DNA from: Gemmatimonadota bacterium
GTDB taxonomy: Bacteria; Latescibacterota; UBA2968; UBA8231
Length of the DNA stretch: 64,000 bases
Assembly: GCA_038153405.1 (NCBI GenBank)
Contig: JAYOYH010000007.1
Location: forward strand, 32,001 to 96,000
Direction: 5' to 3'
The notes under the pieces are model-generated. The model saw only the letters and a program-made list of their open reading frames with translations. It was not told the origin of the DNA and made no database searches. The position numbers and the translations under genes are program-made. Of this stretch, positions 9,651 through 20,147 are shown one piece after another. Positions within the stretch are counted from its first letter, which is position 1, and each line of letters starts with the position of its first letter.

Positions 9651-9762
9651 CCAATTTAATTCACAAAATGGGCAATTTGCCCTATTTCCCATCCGTATGG
9701 GCCCTTTAAACGGGGCGATCTCGGTCCACTGTGGGTCGAGATCGCCCTCGGTTCGTTTCGAT

Positions 9763-10923
9763 TCAGTCGATGCGGTGGTAGTGGCCGCTCTTATCCCAGT
9801 GCGGCCGCGAGCGCCCGTTGGGATCCCATACGATGCGACCCGAGCGCAGGGTGAGTTGGCAGTCGAGCAAGTGGCGGCCGTCGTGGCGCGCCCCGCCCGA
9901 ATCGACAAAGCCGAAGGCGCCCTCGCGCAGTTCAAATACGGCGATATCGGCTTCCGCCCCCACGGTCATGTGGCCGAGTTCGGGACGGCGAATCACCTTG
10001 GCCGCTTTGTGCGTGGAGCGGTAAACCACTTCCTGCAGGGGCATGCCCATAGCCAGAAACTTCGACATCGTCACGGGCATGGTTGCGTTGGGCCGCATGC
10101 GACTGCTCTTGTGCAGGTCGGTGCTGATGGTGTCGGGTGGAAAACCCTGTTGGATGGCGGGAACGGCGATGCGAAACCAGAACGAGCCCCCGCCGTGGCC
10201 GGTGTCGAAGATGATGCCGCGACGGCGTGCGGCCAGCACGTAGTCGTTGATCACCTTGTCGTCGTCGAGCAGGGGAATGTGCGCAGCATAGAGGTGGGTG
10301 TGGATATCGCCGGGGCTCATGTGTTCGAGCAGTTCTTCGTAGGAGCGCGTAGGTCGCGGGGCAAAGTCGATCATGGCGATAGAGTCGCTCAGACGAGCGG
10401 CTTCAATGGCGCCACCGGCCGACTCCCAGCCCGGTCCGCCGAAATGGGCAGACTTTGAGCCGACCACGTGTTCGCGGTACTGCTTTATGGTGGCAGCACA
10501 GGGCGTGGGGTCCATATCGCTTGTGTCCTGCTCTGGGGGACCTGTCATGCCGGCGCCCACAATATTGATAAAGGCCAGCACGCGCGTGGTGGAGCGGTCG
10601 ATGATGGTCGATTTGAAATCGGCGAAATCTTTCCAGCCGGCCCCGCCCGTGTCGACGACGGTGGTCACGCCGTTGGTTAGCGAGTGCTGATCGGGAAAGA
10701 GCCAGCCGTCGTAGCCACCGTAGACGTGCACGTGGATGTCGAGTAGGCCTGGAGTAACGTAGAGCCCGGTGACGTCGACTTCTTTTGTCGCGCTGCCCTC
10801 AACCTGGGGAGATACAGCGGCAACTACCCCGTCCTTGACGGCAATATCGGCAGGTCCGTCTATGTCGTTCCTGGGATCAATGACGTGCCCACCGCGCAGC
10901 AGCACATCGTAGGTTTCGCTCAT
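9763..10923 (-). CDS. Amidohydrolase/deacetylase-family metallohydrolase (dihydroorotase-like fold)
   Basis: VTPGLLDIHVH (HxH), GVTTVVDTG, GDIHTH, DTGHGGGSF, PDTISTD. Confidence 0.85.
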   Translation of the reverse strand: MSETYDVLLRGGHVIDPRNDIDGPADIAVKDGVVAAVSPQVEGSATKEVDVTGLYVTPGLLDIHVHVYGGYDGWLFPDQHSLTNGVTTVVDTGGAGWKDFADFKSTIIDRSTTRVLAFINIVGAGMTGPPEQDTSDMDPTPCAATIKQYREHVVGSKSAHFGGPGWESAGGAIEAARLSDSIAMIDFAPRPTRSYEELLEHMSPGDIHTHLYAAHIPLLDDDKVINDYVLAARRRGIIFDTGHGGGSFWFRIAVPAIQQGFPPDTISTDLHKSSRMRPNATMPVTMSKFLAMGMPLQEVVYRSTHKAAKVIRRPELGHMTVGAEADIAVFELREGAFGFVDSGGARHDGRHLLDCQLTLRSGRIVWDPNGRSRPHWDKSGHYHRID

Positions 10924-11067
10924 GGCCGATCCTTTCGTCGATTTTGGGAGCGGCTAGCGGTTGCTGCCGGCGTGTTGCCCCCTAGTGGATTTTTGAGCAA
11001 ATTGTAGATGCTTGAACACTGTTTATTTCGATCAACTACTGCAATTTACAGCAAGGAGAATAAACAA

Positions 11068-12057
11068 ATGGCTCGCACTGTGAAAGTGGCTGTCACCGGC
11101 GCCGCTGGACAGATTGGTTACGCGCTGTTGCCGCGCCTGGCATCGGGAGCTGTATTCGGCCCCGACGTGCGCGTTTCGCTGCACCTCCTCGAAATCACGC
11201 CAGCGCTCAAAGCACTGGAGGGCGTGGTCATGGAGTTGGACGACTGCGCCTTTCCACTGCTCGACGATATCGTGCTTACAGACGACGCAGAGAAGGCGTT
11301 TGACGGCATTAATTGGGGTCTACTGGTGGGCTCCAAACCGCGCGGGAAGGGTATGGAGCGCGGCGATTTGATTCGCGAAAACGGGCCTATTTTCGTCGGG
11401 CAGGGCAAGGCGCTGGCGCGCGCAGCGTCCGATGTGCGGGTGCTAGTCGTGGGCAATCCGGCCAACACAAACTGCCTGATTGCCATGCACAATGCCGCGG
11501 GGGCCGGGGTGCCTAAGGAGCGCTTTCACGCCATGACGCGCCTCGATCAGAATCGCGCCCAGGCGCAGCTAGCCAAGAAGGCCGGCGTCAAAGTGGCCGA
11601 GGTGACCAATATGGCCATCTGGGGCAATCATAGCGCGACCCAGTACCCCGACGCGGAAAACGCGCGCATCGGTGGGCGCCCGGTTGCCGAAGTAATCGGC
11701 CACGTTTCGTGGCTACAGCAGGATTTTATAAAGATTGTCCAGCAGCGCGGGGCGGCCGTTATCGAAGCGCGCGGTCTGTCGTCGGCTGCTTCGGCTGCCA
11801 ATGCCGCCCTCGACCACGTAATGAGCATGGAGCGCGCCACGCCCGAGGGCGACTTTTTCTCGGCGGCCATTGTCTCTGACGGCAGCTATGGCGTTGAGGA
11901 GGGGCTGATTTACTCCTTCCCCGTTTGCAGCGATGGAAAGGGGAACTGGAGTATCGTACAGGGGCTCGAATTGAGCGGTTTTGCCCGCGAAAAGATTGCC
12001 GCCACCGAGGCCGAACTCAAAGAAGAGCGGGCCGTCATAGCCGATTTGCTTTCGTAA
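11068..12057 (+). CDS. mdh: Malate dehydrogenase (type 2)
   Basis: [52 protein letters not shown]. Confidence 0.97.
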   Translation: MARTVKVAVTGAAGQIGYALLPRLASGAVFGPDVRVSLHLLEITPALKALEGVVMELDDCAFPLLDDIVLTDDAEKAFDGINWGLLVGSKPRGKGMERGDLIRENGPIFVGQGKALARAASDVRVLVVGNPANTNCLIAMHNAAGAGVPKERFHAMTRLDQNRAQAQLAKKAGVKVAEVTNMAIWGNHSATQYPDAENARIGGRPVAEVIGHVSWLQQDFIKIVQQRGAAVIEARGLSSAASAANAALDHVMSMERATPEGDFFSAAIVSDGSYGVEEGLIYSFPVCSDGKGNWSIVQGLELSGFAREKIAATEAELKEERAVIADLLS

Positions 12058-12828
12058 TTGTCTCCCTCTGCAGTGCAGTGGGACGCCCGTCTGTACGATG
12101 AGCACCACGGCTACGTGGCTCGCTTTGGGCGCGATCTGCTCGATGTGTTGCGCCCCCAGGTCGGTGAGTCCATCCTCGACCTGGGGTGCGGCACGGGCGA
12201 TTTGACGGTGCAGTTGGCCGCAGTTGGATCGCAGGTGCTGGGCGTGGATGCCTCGCCCGCGATGGTCGATGCGGCCCGCGCTAAGTATCCTCAGCAATCC
12301 TTTTTACAGGCCGATGTGCGCACGCTGGATCAGGTGCTCGGACAGCGTCGCTTCGACGCCGTTTTTTCCAATGCCGTTCTCCACTGGGTTCGCCAGCCCG
12401 AACTGGCGCTGGGCCAGATGGCCGCCCGGCTGAAAAAGGGCGGCCGCTTGGTGTTGGAAATGGGCGGTGCGCGCAATATTGCCGCCATACGCGATGGCTT
12501 GGATAGGGCCCGCCGTCACTTGGCACTGCCCGCAGTGCAATCCCCCTGGTATTTTCCCTCGCTAAGTCAGTACTGCGCCCTGGTAGAAGGGTGCGGCCTG
12601 CGCGTTGGCGCGGCGTGGCATTTTGCGCGCCCGACGCCGATGGAAGGGGAAGGGGGCCTGCGCGACTGGTTGTCCATGTTTGCCACCGCCTACCTAGACG
12701 ACGTGGATTTGTCGATGAGGGAAAAATTGGTCGAAGCCGTTGAAGGACACGCCCGTGCCCAACTCTACCGCGACGGCCAGTGGTGGGTCGACTACTGGCG
12801 GCTGCGCGTCGTCGCCCACGAGGGTTGA
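12058..12828 (+). CDS. Class I SAM-dependent methyltransferase (Tam-like)
   Basis: ILDLGCGTGDLT, FDAVFSNAVLHW. Confidence 0.88.
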   Translation: MSPSAVQWDARLYDEHHGYVARFGRDLLDVLRPQVGESILDLGCGTGDLTVQLAAVGSQVLGVDASPAMVDAARAKYPQQSFLQADVRTLDQVLGQRRFDAVFSNAVLHWVRQPELALGQMAARLKKGGRLVLEMGGARNIAAIRDGLDRARRHLALPAVQSPWYFPSLSQYCALVEGCGLRVGAAWHFARPTPMEGEGGLRDWLSMFATAYLDDVDLSMREKLVEAVEGHARAQLYRDGQWWVDYWRLRVVAHEG

Positions 12829-12834
12829 GCTCGA

Positions 12835-13599
12835 ATGGAAGCCTACCGAGCGCGGTTTTACGACGCCTATTTTACTGGAGTGGATGGCGAAGTCGACTTT
12901 TACGTGGACGAGGCGGCCGAAGCCAGCGGTCCCGTGCTCGAATTGGGCTGCGGCACGGGGCGCGTATTATTGCCCATCGCCCGCAGCGGGGTGGAGGTCG
13001 TTGGGCTGGATCGATCGCCTGAATTGTTGGATGTGCTGAGAGAAAAACTGGCTGGCGAAGAGGATGCCGTCGTTGAGCGGGTTGGCCTCGTCGAAGCCGA
13101 TATGATTGATTTTTCCCTCGGGCAAAGAGTGGGCGCTGCCCTCATTCCCTACCGCTCGTTCCAGCACCTCTTGGATCGGAGCGACCAGGAGTGCGCGCTG
13201 CGCACTATCTGGCAGCATCTCGAGGTGGGGGGGCGACTGGTGTTCAATGCCTACGACCCGCTGGGCGATATTGCGCGCGAGGGGCTTTCCTGTCCGCTGC
13301 GCAAAGATATCGATTTCTTCGACAATCGCACCGGACACGCGGTGACCGTCTATTACAGTCGGCAAGTCGATCCCCAGGTGCAGATCATAGAGCAGGAATT
13401 CATCTATGAAGAGTTTGATGCGGAGGGCATTTCGCAGGGGCGCTGGATGAATTTGCTGCAGCTGCGCTGGACCCCGCAGGGAGAAATGGCGCATTTGTTG
13501 GAGCGCTGTGGATTTTGCATAGAGGCGCTGTACGGCGATTTCGAGGGAGCGCCCTATGCGGGATACGGCGAACAGGTATGGGTAGCCAGCCGAACATAA
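12835..13599 (+). CDS. Class I SAM-dependent methyltransferase
   Basis: VLELGCGTGRV, LVEADM, HLEVGGRLVFN. Confidence 0.88.
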   Translation: MEAYRARFYDAYFTGVDGEVDFYVDEAAEASGPVLELGCGTGRVLLPIARSGVEVVGLDRSPELLDVLREKLAGEEDAVVERVGLVEADMIDFSLGQRVGAALIPYRSFQHLLDRSDQECALRTIWQHLEVGGRLVFNAYDPLGDIAREGLSCPLRKDIDFFDNRTGHAVTVYYSRQVDPQVQIIEQEFIYEEFDAEGISQGRWMNLLQLRWTPQGEMAHLLERCGFCIEALYGDFEGAPYAGYGEQVWVASRT

Positions 13600-14258
13600 A
13601 AACCTACCGGCACTTGGTCTGGGATTGGAACGGCACGCTGATGGACGATGTGCAGCTGTGTCTCGAAATAACAAATCTGCTGCTAGCCCGTCGCGCCCTG
13701 CCCTCGGTCGATGTCGTTCGCTATCGCGATGTTTTTGGCTTTCCCCTGCGCGACTATTGCCTGCGACTGGGGTTTGACTTGCGCCGAGATTCCTTTGAGC
13801 AGATCAGCGACGAGTTTGCCGAAATCTACGAAGGGCGACGCTACGAGTGCCCGCTGCAGACCGGGAGCGCTCAGCGCTTGGCCGATCTTGAACGCAGAGG
13901 CGTAGAGCACTCGCTGCTTTCGGCCTACGGACAAGAACGGTTGGAAGAGATCGTGGACTACTACGAATTGACGCCCTTTTTCTCCGCGATTATTGGACTC
14001 GATAACGACTATGCTCAAGGCAAGGTCGAGCGCGGCCGTCGCTGCATGGCCGAAATGAATTGGGCTGCTGCCGACATGCTCTACATTGGGGACACGCTGC
14101 ACGACGCCGAGGTCGCACGGGCCATGGGCGTCGACTGTCTGCTCGTATCACAGGGACACCAGAGCCGTGCCAGACTGCTGTCTTCCGGTTTTCCAGTGGT
14201 AGACGATCTGGGCGCCGTGGGCCTTTTTTTAGCCGGTGGCCATGACGCCCGTCCGTGA
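13578..14258 (+). CDS. HAD-family hydrolase (phosphoglycolate phosphatase-like)
   Basis: LVWDWNGTLMDD motif I; YIGDTLHDAEVA motif IV; start chosen at ATG 13578. Confidence 0.88.
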   Translation: MGSQPNIKTYRHLVWDWNGTLMDDVQLCLEITNLLLARRALPSVDVVRYRDVFGFPLRDYCLRLGFDLRRDSFEQISDEFAEIYEGRRYECPLQTGSAQRLADLERRGVEHSLLSAYGQERLEEIVDYYELTPFFSAIIGLDNDYAQGKVERGRRCMAEMNWAAADMLYIGDTLHDAEVARAMGVDCLLVSQGHQSRARLLSSGFPVVDDLGAVGLFLAGGHDARP

Positions 14259-15447
14259 AGAATTTCTGCGGGCCTGGTGCGAGGTGAGCCGCGCTGCCCT
14301 GCGCACCAATGTGGCTACGCTGCGCTCGGGCTTGGCCGCCGGTGCGCTGCTGGGAATCGTGGTCAAAAGCGATGCCTACGGGCACGGACTCGTGCTGTGT
14401 GCCCGCGAATTTGTCGCTGCCGGTGCCGATTGGTTGGTGGTCAACTCGCTGGACGAGGCGGTGCGACTGCGCCGGGCCGGTTTGATGGTTCCGCTCTACA
14501 TCTGTGCGCAGGTTGCCCCCTTTGAGGCATCGCTCGCCGTTGAGAGCGGCGCGCGCATCGTGCTGTGCGATGCGGATACTGCTCGAGCACTGGCCGCCTC
14601 AGCACGTCAGAGCGGCGTTGTGCTTCGCTGTCATATAAAGGTAGAAACAGGCACGCACCGCCAGGGTATAGGGCGGGATGAGCTGCCGGAATTTGCCCGG
14701 CTGGTCAAAGGGCTTGATGGCCTCGAGATAGAGGGCCTGACGACGCACTTTGCCGATATTGAAGAGGCGGCCGATCGCAGTTTTTCCGAAGAGCAAATGC
14801 GCGCCCTATCCGCTGCGGCCTCTGACCTGCGCTCTATGGGGATCGACGTGCCCATGGTGCATGCGGCCAATTCCGCTGCAGCCCTGCTGTGGCCGGAAAC
14901 CCACGGCAGCCTCGTGCGGGCCGGCATTGCCGCCTATGGGTTATGGCCCTCCAACGCCACGCATGCGGTGGCCGAAGGGCGCTCAGCGCCGTTGCCTCGG
15001 CTCTACCCGGCGCTGAGCTGGAAGGCGCGCATCGCCCAAGTCAAAACGGTGCCAGTAGGGGGCACCATTGGCTATGGGCGCACCTTTCGCACGCGCCGTT
15101 CCATGCGCATTGGCATCGTGCCGGTTGGCTATTACGAGGGCTACGATCGCCGCATGTCGAACCGGGGCCACGTGCTGGTAGAGGGCGCGCGCGCGCCCGT
15201 GCGCGGTCGCGTTTGCATGAATATGTTTATGATCGATCTCACGGATGTTCCTCAGGTGCGCACCGGGCAGGTGGTGACGCTGCTGGGCGCCGAGGGAAGC
15301 GAGGACGTTGGTGCCCAACAGTGGGCGTCTTGGATGAACAGCATACACTACGAGGCAATCAGTCGGATTCACCCTGAACAGCCGCGTCTGCTGCGGGCAG
15401 AAGACGGGTTGCTCTATTTAGGAGAGGATGCAAAAGCATATGAGTGA
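14236..15447 (+). CDS. alr: Alanine racemase
   Basis: VVKSDAYGHG (PLP Lys), HIKVETGTHRQG, HAANSAA, IGYG, GRVCMN. Confidence 0.93.
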   Translation: MAMTPVREEFLRAWCEVSRAALRTNVATLRSGLAAGALLGIVVKSDAYGHGLVLCAREFVAAGADWLVVNSLDEAVRLRRAGLMVPLYICAQVAPFEASLAVESGARIVLCDADTARALAASARQSGVVLRCHIKVETGTHRQGIGRDELPEFARLVKGLDGLEIEGLTTHFADIEEAADRSFSEEQMRALSAAASDLRSMGIDVPMVHAANSAAALLWPETHGSLVRAGIAAYGLWPSNATHAVAEGRSAPLPRLYPALSWKARIAQVKTVPVGGTIGYGRTFRTRRSMRIGIVPVGYYEGYDRRMSNRGHVLVEGARAPVRGRVCMNMFMIDLTDVPQVRTGQVVTLLGAEGSEDVGAQQWASWMNSIHYEAISRIHPEQPRLLRAEDGLLYLGEDAKAYE

Positions 15448-16339
15448 GACTTGGCGCGGAATTATGCCCATCGTGGCCACGCCCTTTACGCGCACGTACG
15501 AATTAGACGAAGCGGGATTGCGCAAGCTCGTGCACTTTTGCATCGATGCCGGGGCCACTGGACTGGTCGGGCCGGCCAATGCCAGCGAGTTTTCTACGCT
15601 GTCCGATGACGAGCGCCGGCGCTGGATCGAGATCGTCGTCGGCGAGGCGGGCGGCCAAGTGCCGGTGGTCGCCGCAGTGACCTCCGGTCATGTATTGCCG
15701 GCCGTGGCCCTATCCTGCTTTGCGCAGCGCGTCGGTGCAGAGGGAATTATGTCGATGCCGCCGCACGTTCTGCATCCCGATGCCGGCGGCTGTTATGCTT
15801 TTTACGATGCCTTGAGTACGGCGGTAGATATTCCGATATGCGTGCAGAATTTTAACCTGCCGATCGGCACGCCGATGAGCGCTGAACTGCTGGCGCGCAT
15901 GTGTGCTGAGTTGGACGGCGTGGACTATATAAAAGAGGAGACCGCGCCCGAACCGCGCCAGATAAGCCGCACCCTCGAAGCGGCCAAAGCCGGCTGCCGC
16001 GGGGTGCTGGGCGGACAGGGGGGTATTTACCTCATCGACGAATACCGCCGTGGAGCTTGCGGCAATATGCCGGGATGCCATACGACGGATGTGTTGGTGG
16101 ATTTGTGGACTAAGCTAGAATCCGATGACGAGTCGGGCGCCAGGCAACTCTTTAACCAACTCCTGCCGCTCATGAACTACGAACGGCTCTACGGCGTGGC
16201 CGTCTACAAGCTCATTTTACATCGGCGCGGCCTGATCGATACGCCGCTGCGCCGTGCCCCTGGTGTTGATCTCGATGCCTACGATATGACCGAGTTGGAC
16301 AGCGTTCTCAACAGCGTCGAAGCGCTGTTTCGCCTGTAG
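15440..16339 (+). CDS. DHDPS/NAL-family Schiff-base lyase (not canonical DapA)
   Basis: GIMPIVATPF, ANASEF in place of GTTGE, YIKEE Schiff-base Lys; alternative start 15428. Confidence 0.8.
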   Translation: MSETWRGIMPIVATPFTRTYELDEAGLRKLVHFCIDAGATGLVGPANASEFSTLSDDERRRWIEIVVGEAGGQVPVVAAVTSGHVLPAVALSCFAQRVGAEGIMSMPPHVLHPDAGGCYAFYDALSTAVDIPICVQNFNLPIGTPMSAELLARMCAELDGVDYIKEETAPEPRQISRTLEAAKAGCRGVLGGQGGIYLIDEYRRGACGNMPGCHTTDVLVDLWTKLESDDESGARQLFNQLLPLMNYERLYGVAVYKLILHRRGLIDTPLRRAPGVDLDAYDMTELDSVLNSVEALFRL

Positions 16340-16345
16340 ATAGCC

Positions 16346-17191
16346 ATGGGGGCCGAGGCGGCGATAGGGGCGATTGCGCGCGACGGGTTTTGCCTGATTG
16401 AAGGCGTAGTGCCAAGCGATGCCCTGCCGGAGATTGGCCGCCAAGTAGTGGCTGCGCAGGGCGCGCACAACTCCGAGTCCGAAGCGCAAAAGCAGGCTAC
16501 GAGGGCGCGGGGGCATCGGGTCGGTGCACGCGGAGTCAGCAGCATGCGCCAGATAATAAACGCTTCGCAGGTTTTCGCTCCCTATTTGGCCGATCGCCGC
16601 ATACTCGATATCGTCGAGGCCTGCTTTGGTCCTTGGCCGCGCATCTCCTGCACCGACTGCGTCATAAACGAGCCGGGCAATGAACGCGGCTACTGGCACG
16701 CCGACTGGCCCTACAACCAGACCAATGCATCCCATGTGGCCGCGCCCTATCCGGACCTGCTAATGCACCTATCGACCATTTGGATGCTGAGCGATTTTAC
16801 CCGCGAAAACGGCGCTACCTGGATTTTGCCAGGCAGCCATCGACGGGGGGAAAATCCTTCGGCCGGGTCGATGAACGGCATCGACTGCGATCGGGCACTT
16901 CCCGGGCAAATGCAGGTTGAAGGAGAGGCGGGCAGCGTGCTGGTCTACGACAGCCGGCTATGGCACGCCGTGGCGGCCAACGTCAGTTCATCGCGCCGCT
17001 TGGCCCTGTTGGTGCGCTATGCCCCTTGGTGGCTCAATCTCAACCCGACGCATCCCGGCACGCCGGAATATCAGATGATGGTCGACGAGACGGAAGGGAA
17101 GAACTACGAAGTGCCTTCGCTGCGCCGCGAGGTATTTGACGGTCTACCGCCTGCCGTCCAGCCGCTTTACCGACATTGGGTTCACCCGTAG
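16346..17191 (+). CDS. Phytanoyl-CoA dioxygenase (PhyH)-family Fe(II)/2OG oxygenase
   Basis: WHADWP (HxD), NGATWILPGSH, DSRLWHAVAAN. Confidence 0.88.
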   Translation: MGAEAAIGAIARDGFCLIEGVVPSDALPEIGRQVVAAQGAHNSESEAQKQATRARGHRVGARGVSSMRQIINASQVFAPYLADRRILDIVEACFGPWPRISCTDCVINEPGNERGYWHADWPYNQTNASHVAAPYPDLLMHLSTIWMLSDFTRENGATWILPGSHRRGENPSAGSMNGIDCDRALPGQMQVEGEAGSVLVYDSRLWHAVAANVSSSRRLALLVRYAPWWLNLNPTHPGTPEYQMMVDETEGKNYEVPSLRREVFDGLPPAVQPLYRHWVHP

Positions 17192-17204
17192 CGAAAGGCC
17201 TGCC

Positions 17205-18710
17205 GTGCAGCGCGCTCCCAATATCCTCTATGTGATGACCGACCAGCAGCGCTTTGATACGATTGCGGCGCTGGGCAACAAACATATTTATACGCCTAAT
17301 TTCGATCGTCTCGTTGGTCGCGGATTGGCATTTACCAATGCCTATTCGACGTGTCCGGTGTGCGTTGCGGCCCGCTACACCATTCGCACGGGCTGCGAAC
17401 CGCTCAATACGCGCGTCTTTTCCAACGGGATAGACGACCCGGCGCCCGGGCAGGGGGCGACGATGGCCGAGCGCTGTGGACCCTATCTGGCTGAAGCGAT
17501 GGCTTCGAGGGGCTACCGCACGTTCGGCATTGGCAAGTTTCATACCAATCCCTGGGATGAAGAACTGGGCTATCAATCGCATCTGCGCAGCGAGGAATTG
17601 TACGGCAACCCCGAGCGGCGCCGCGGCGATGCCTATGCCCAGTTTATCGCCCAGCACTACCCGGCTTACGACTTTGTCGAAGGCCTAATGGGCGAGCGAA
17701 CAGAGATGTACTATATGCCGCAAATGAGTCCTATGCCCGCCGAGTGCACGGTCGAGGCATGGGCCGCCGATCGCGCCGTAGAGCGCATACGCCTAGACGA
17801 CGGCCGGCCCTTTTTTGGCTTTGTCTCCTTTATTGGTCCCCATCCACCGCTGGCCCCGCCCATTCCTTTTAACCGCATGTACGATCCCGATCGCATGCCC
17901 AGTCCGGTGCGCGGCGCCGTCGATTCAGACCATATGGACGAGCAAATTCCGTGGATGAACTACGCCATTTGGGCCGAAGATATTACCGACGCGCATGCCC
18001 GCATTTTAAAGGCGCGCTACTACGGAGAGATAAGTTATATCGACCAGTGCTTAGGCCGCATACTCGACGCGGTGGAAGCGCGCGCAGATGCCGAAGATAC
18101 GCTCATCTGCTTTTTTGCCGATCACGGCGACCACATGGGCGACCACGGCGCCTGGCAGAAGGAGAGCTTTTTCGACGTTTCGTGCCGCATTCCCTTTTTG
18201 CTCAGTTGGCCGGCGCGTTTACCGGCAGACCAGCGGCGCGAGGAGTTGGTTTGCCTAACGGACCTCTTTGCCATCGCAACGGGGGCCAGTGCCGAGGTTC
18301 AGGTGCGCGATGGGTGCGATATGCTGGGGGTAGTGAGGGGCGATGTAGCCCCCCGCAGTGCGCTCTTTGGCTACTACGGTTCACCGGGCACGCCCCGGTT
18401 TAAGATTATGGTCAGAGAAGGGGAGTGGAAGTATATCTACCTAGCCAACGGTGGGCGTCAACAGCTTTTTAATTTGCGGCAGGATCCGGCGGAAATGAGC
18501 GAGTGTGCGCGGGACAACCGAGGAAAGGTAGAGCAACTGCGAAGACTAGCTGCTGGTGCACTCGCTTGCAATGCCGGACGGGCGGCGCTTGACGGAGGCG
18601 ATCTGCGCGCCTTTGCGTTTGAGGCCCGGCCGCTGCAGCGCATCTACCAATTTGACCGCTCGCGCGGCGTTGTCGGCTTTCCCACACGCCCTGAGGACGC
18701 TCTGAACTAG
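17205..18710 (+). CDS. Sulfatase (S1 family)
   Basis: PNILYVMTDQQR, CVAARYTIRTG, GKFH, PHPP, ADHGD..G; GTG start after GAAAGG. Confidence 0.9.
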   Translation: MQRAPNILYVMTDQQRFDTIAALGNKHIYTPNFDRLVGRGLAFTNAYSTCPVCVAARYTIRTGCEPLNTRVFSNGIDDPAPGQGATMAERCGPYLAEAMASRGYRTFGIGKFHTNPWDEELGYQSHLRSEELYGNPERRRGDAYAQFIAQHYPAYDFVEGLMGERTEMYYMPQMSPMPAECTVEAWAADRAVERIRLDDGRPFFGFVSFIGPHPPLAPPIPFNRMYDPDRMPSPVRGAVDSDHMDEQIPWMNYAIWAEDITDAHARILKARYYGEISYIDQCLGRILDAVEARADAEDTLICFFADHGDHMGDHGAWQKESFFDVSCRIPFLLSWPARLPADQRREELVCLTDLFAIATGASAEVQVRDGCDMLGVVRGDVAPRSALFGYYGSPGTPRFKIMVREGEWKYIYLANGGRQQLFNLRQDPAEMSECARDNRGKVEQLRRLAAGALACNAGRAALDGGDLRAFAFEARPLQRIYQFDRSRGVVGFPTRPEDALN

Positions 18711-18747
18711 CTGTCCTCAGGCGATGGGAAGCGGGCGCGATCTGCCT

Positions 18748-19986
18748 TTATAAATGCGTTTGCCCGGCGGAATGCAGGGCGCGCGCGCTGACCCCGAGAA
18801 CGCCGAGGAAACCCTCTGAGTCGCGGTGGTCAAAGTCGCCGACGGCCTCCATCGAGGCGGTGTCCTCGCTGTAGAGGGAGTGGGGTGCATCGTCGGCGGC
18901 GTGAAACGAGACCTGCCCTTTGTACAGCGACACGGAGATGGTGCCGGTGGCCAGGCCATTGAGGTGTTCGACGAATTTCCAGCAGGCCTGCGTCGCCGTG
19001 TCGAACCAATATCCCTGGTAAATCTGCTCGGCGATATAGTCGCTGATCGGGGCAAAAACGCGCCGTGCACGGCGGTCGAGGACGAGTTGGAGCAGATACT
19101 CGTAGCACTGTCCGAGCAGCTCGAGAGCCGGGGCTTCGTAAATACCGCGCGATTTGATCCCCACAAAGCGGTTTTCCACCGCGTGCAGTCCGATGCCGAT
19201 GCCGTGTCTTCCGCCAATGGCGTTGCTTTGGGCGATGGCCTCCAGCGCCGTGACAGGCGTGCCGTTGATGGCTATGGGCTGTCCCTGCTCAAAGCGCACC
19301 GTAAAGATTTCGGCCTCGTCCGGGGCTTGCACGGCAAAGACGCCCATACCGGGGTTGACGCGGTTCGTCGGCGTATGCAGGTCTTCCAATTCGCCGGCCT
19401 CGTGCGTTAGGCCGAGAATATTGGCGTCCGTCGAGTAGGGTTTGTCGTGCGTGGCGGTTATGGGCAGGTCGTGCGCTTGGCAGTAGTCGATCATTTCCCT
19501 GCGTCCGCCGAAGGAGCTGAGAAAGTGGCTGTCGCGCCAGGGCGCATAAACGGCAATGTGCGGGTCGAGCATTTGCGTGGCTAGCTGGAAGCGCACCTGG
19601 TCATTGCCCCGTCCAGTAGCGCCGTGTCCGAGAATGCGAATGCCGCGCTCCTGCATCAGCGGCACCATATCGGCGACGACGATGTGGCGGGCAAGGCCCG
19701 TCGTGTTCCAATAGCCGCCCTCGTAGCGGGCCTGTGCCTGCACCAGTTGAATGCCGGCCTGGCTTATGGCATCCTTTAGGTCGCCGATGATCATTTCGCT
19801 TGCGCCGCAGGCCAGCATGCGCGTGCGCACATCTTCGATATCGATCTCGTCGGGCTGTCCCAGATCGGCCGTATAGGCGATCACGTCGACGCCTTGTTGA
19901 CTCAGCCAGTGAGTAATGGTGCAGCTATCGAGTCCGCCGGAGACGGCCATCATAATTTTCTGTCCCACGAGATCGGCGACGTTCAT
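18748..19986 (-). CDS. argG: Argininosuccinate synthase
   Basis: SGGLDS, HGATGRGNDQVRF, YSTDANILG, ENRFVGIKSRGIYEAP; CAGGAG RBS before ATG 19986. Confidence 0.96.
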   Translation of the reverse strand: MNVADLVGQKIMMAVSGGLDSCTITHWLSQQGVDVIAYTADLGQPDEIDIEDVRTRMLACGASEMIIGDLKDAISQAGIQLVQAQARYEGGYWNTTGLARHIVVADMVPLMQERGIRILGHGATGRGNDQVRFQLATQMLDPHIAVYAPWRDSHFLSSFGGRREMIDYCQAHDLPITATHDKPYSTDANILGLTHEAGELEDLHTPTNRVNPGMGVFAVQAPDEAEIFTVRFEQGQPIAINGTPVTALEAIAQSNAIGGRHGIGIGLHAVENRFVGIKSRGIYEAPALELLGQCYEYLLQLVLDRRARRVFAPISDYIAEQIYQGYWFDTATQACWKFVEHLNGLATGTISVSLYKGQVSFHAADDAPHSLYSEDTASMEAVGDFDHRDSEGFLGVLGVSARALHSAGQTHL

Positions 19987-20147
19987 TGCAGTAACTCCTG
20001 ATGGGTGCGATGTATTTTTTTGCAAAAAAAGGGGTCATGCGCGCAGAAACGCATTTGCTGAATGGATCTGAATTACCGCTAGCCCTCGAAAAATGTCAAG
20101 ATCGAGAGCGGGTTGGGATGAGTGGTTGCCGGGCAGGGGACAGGAGC

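Noticed and set aside
9763..10923. pyrC (dihydroorotase) assignment
   Set aside because: Motifs fit the broader amidohydrolase/deacetylase clade and there is no pyr gene context
15440..16339. dapA assignment
   Set aside because: Lacks the GTTGE motif and the catalytic Tyr context of true DHDPS
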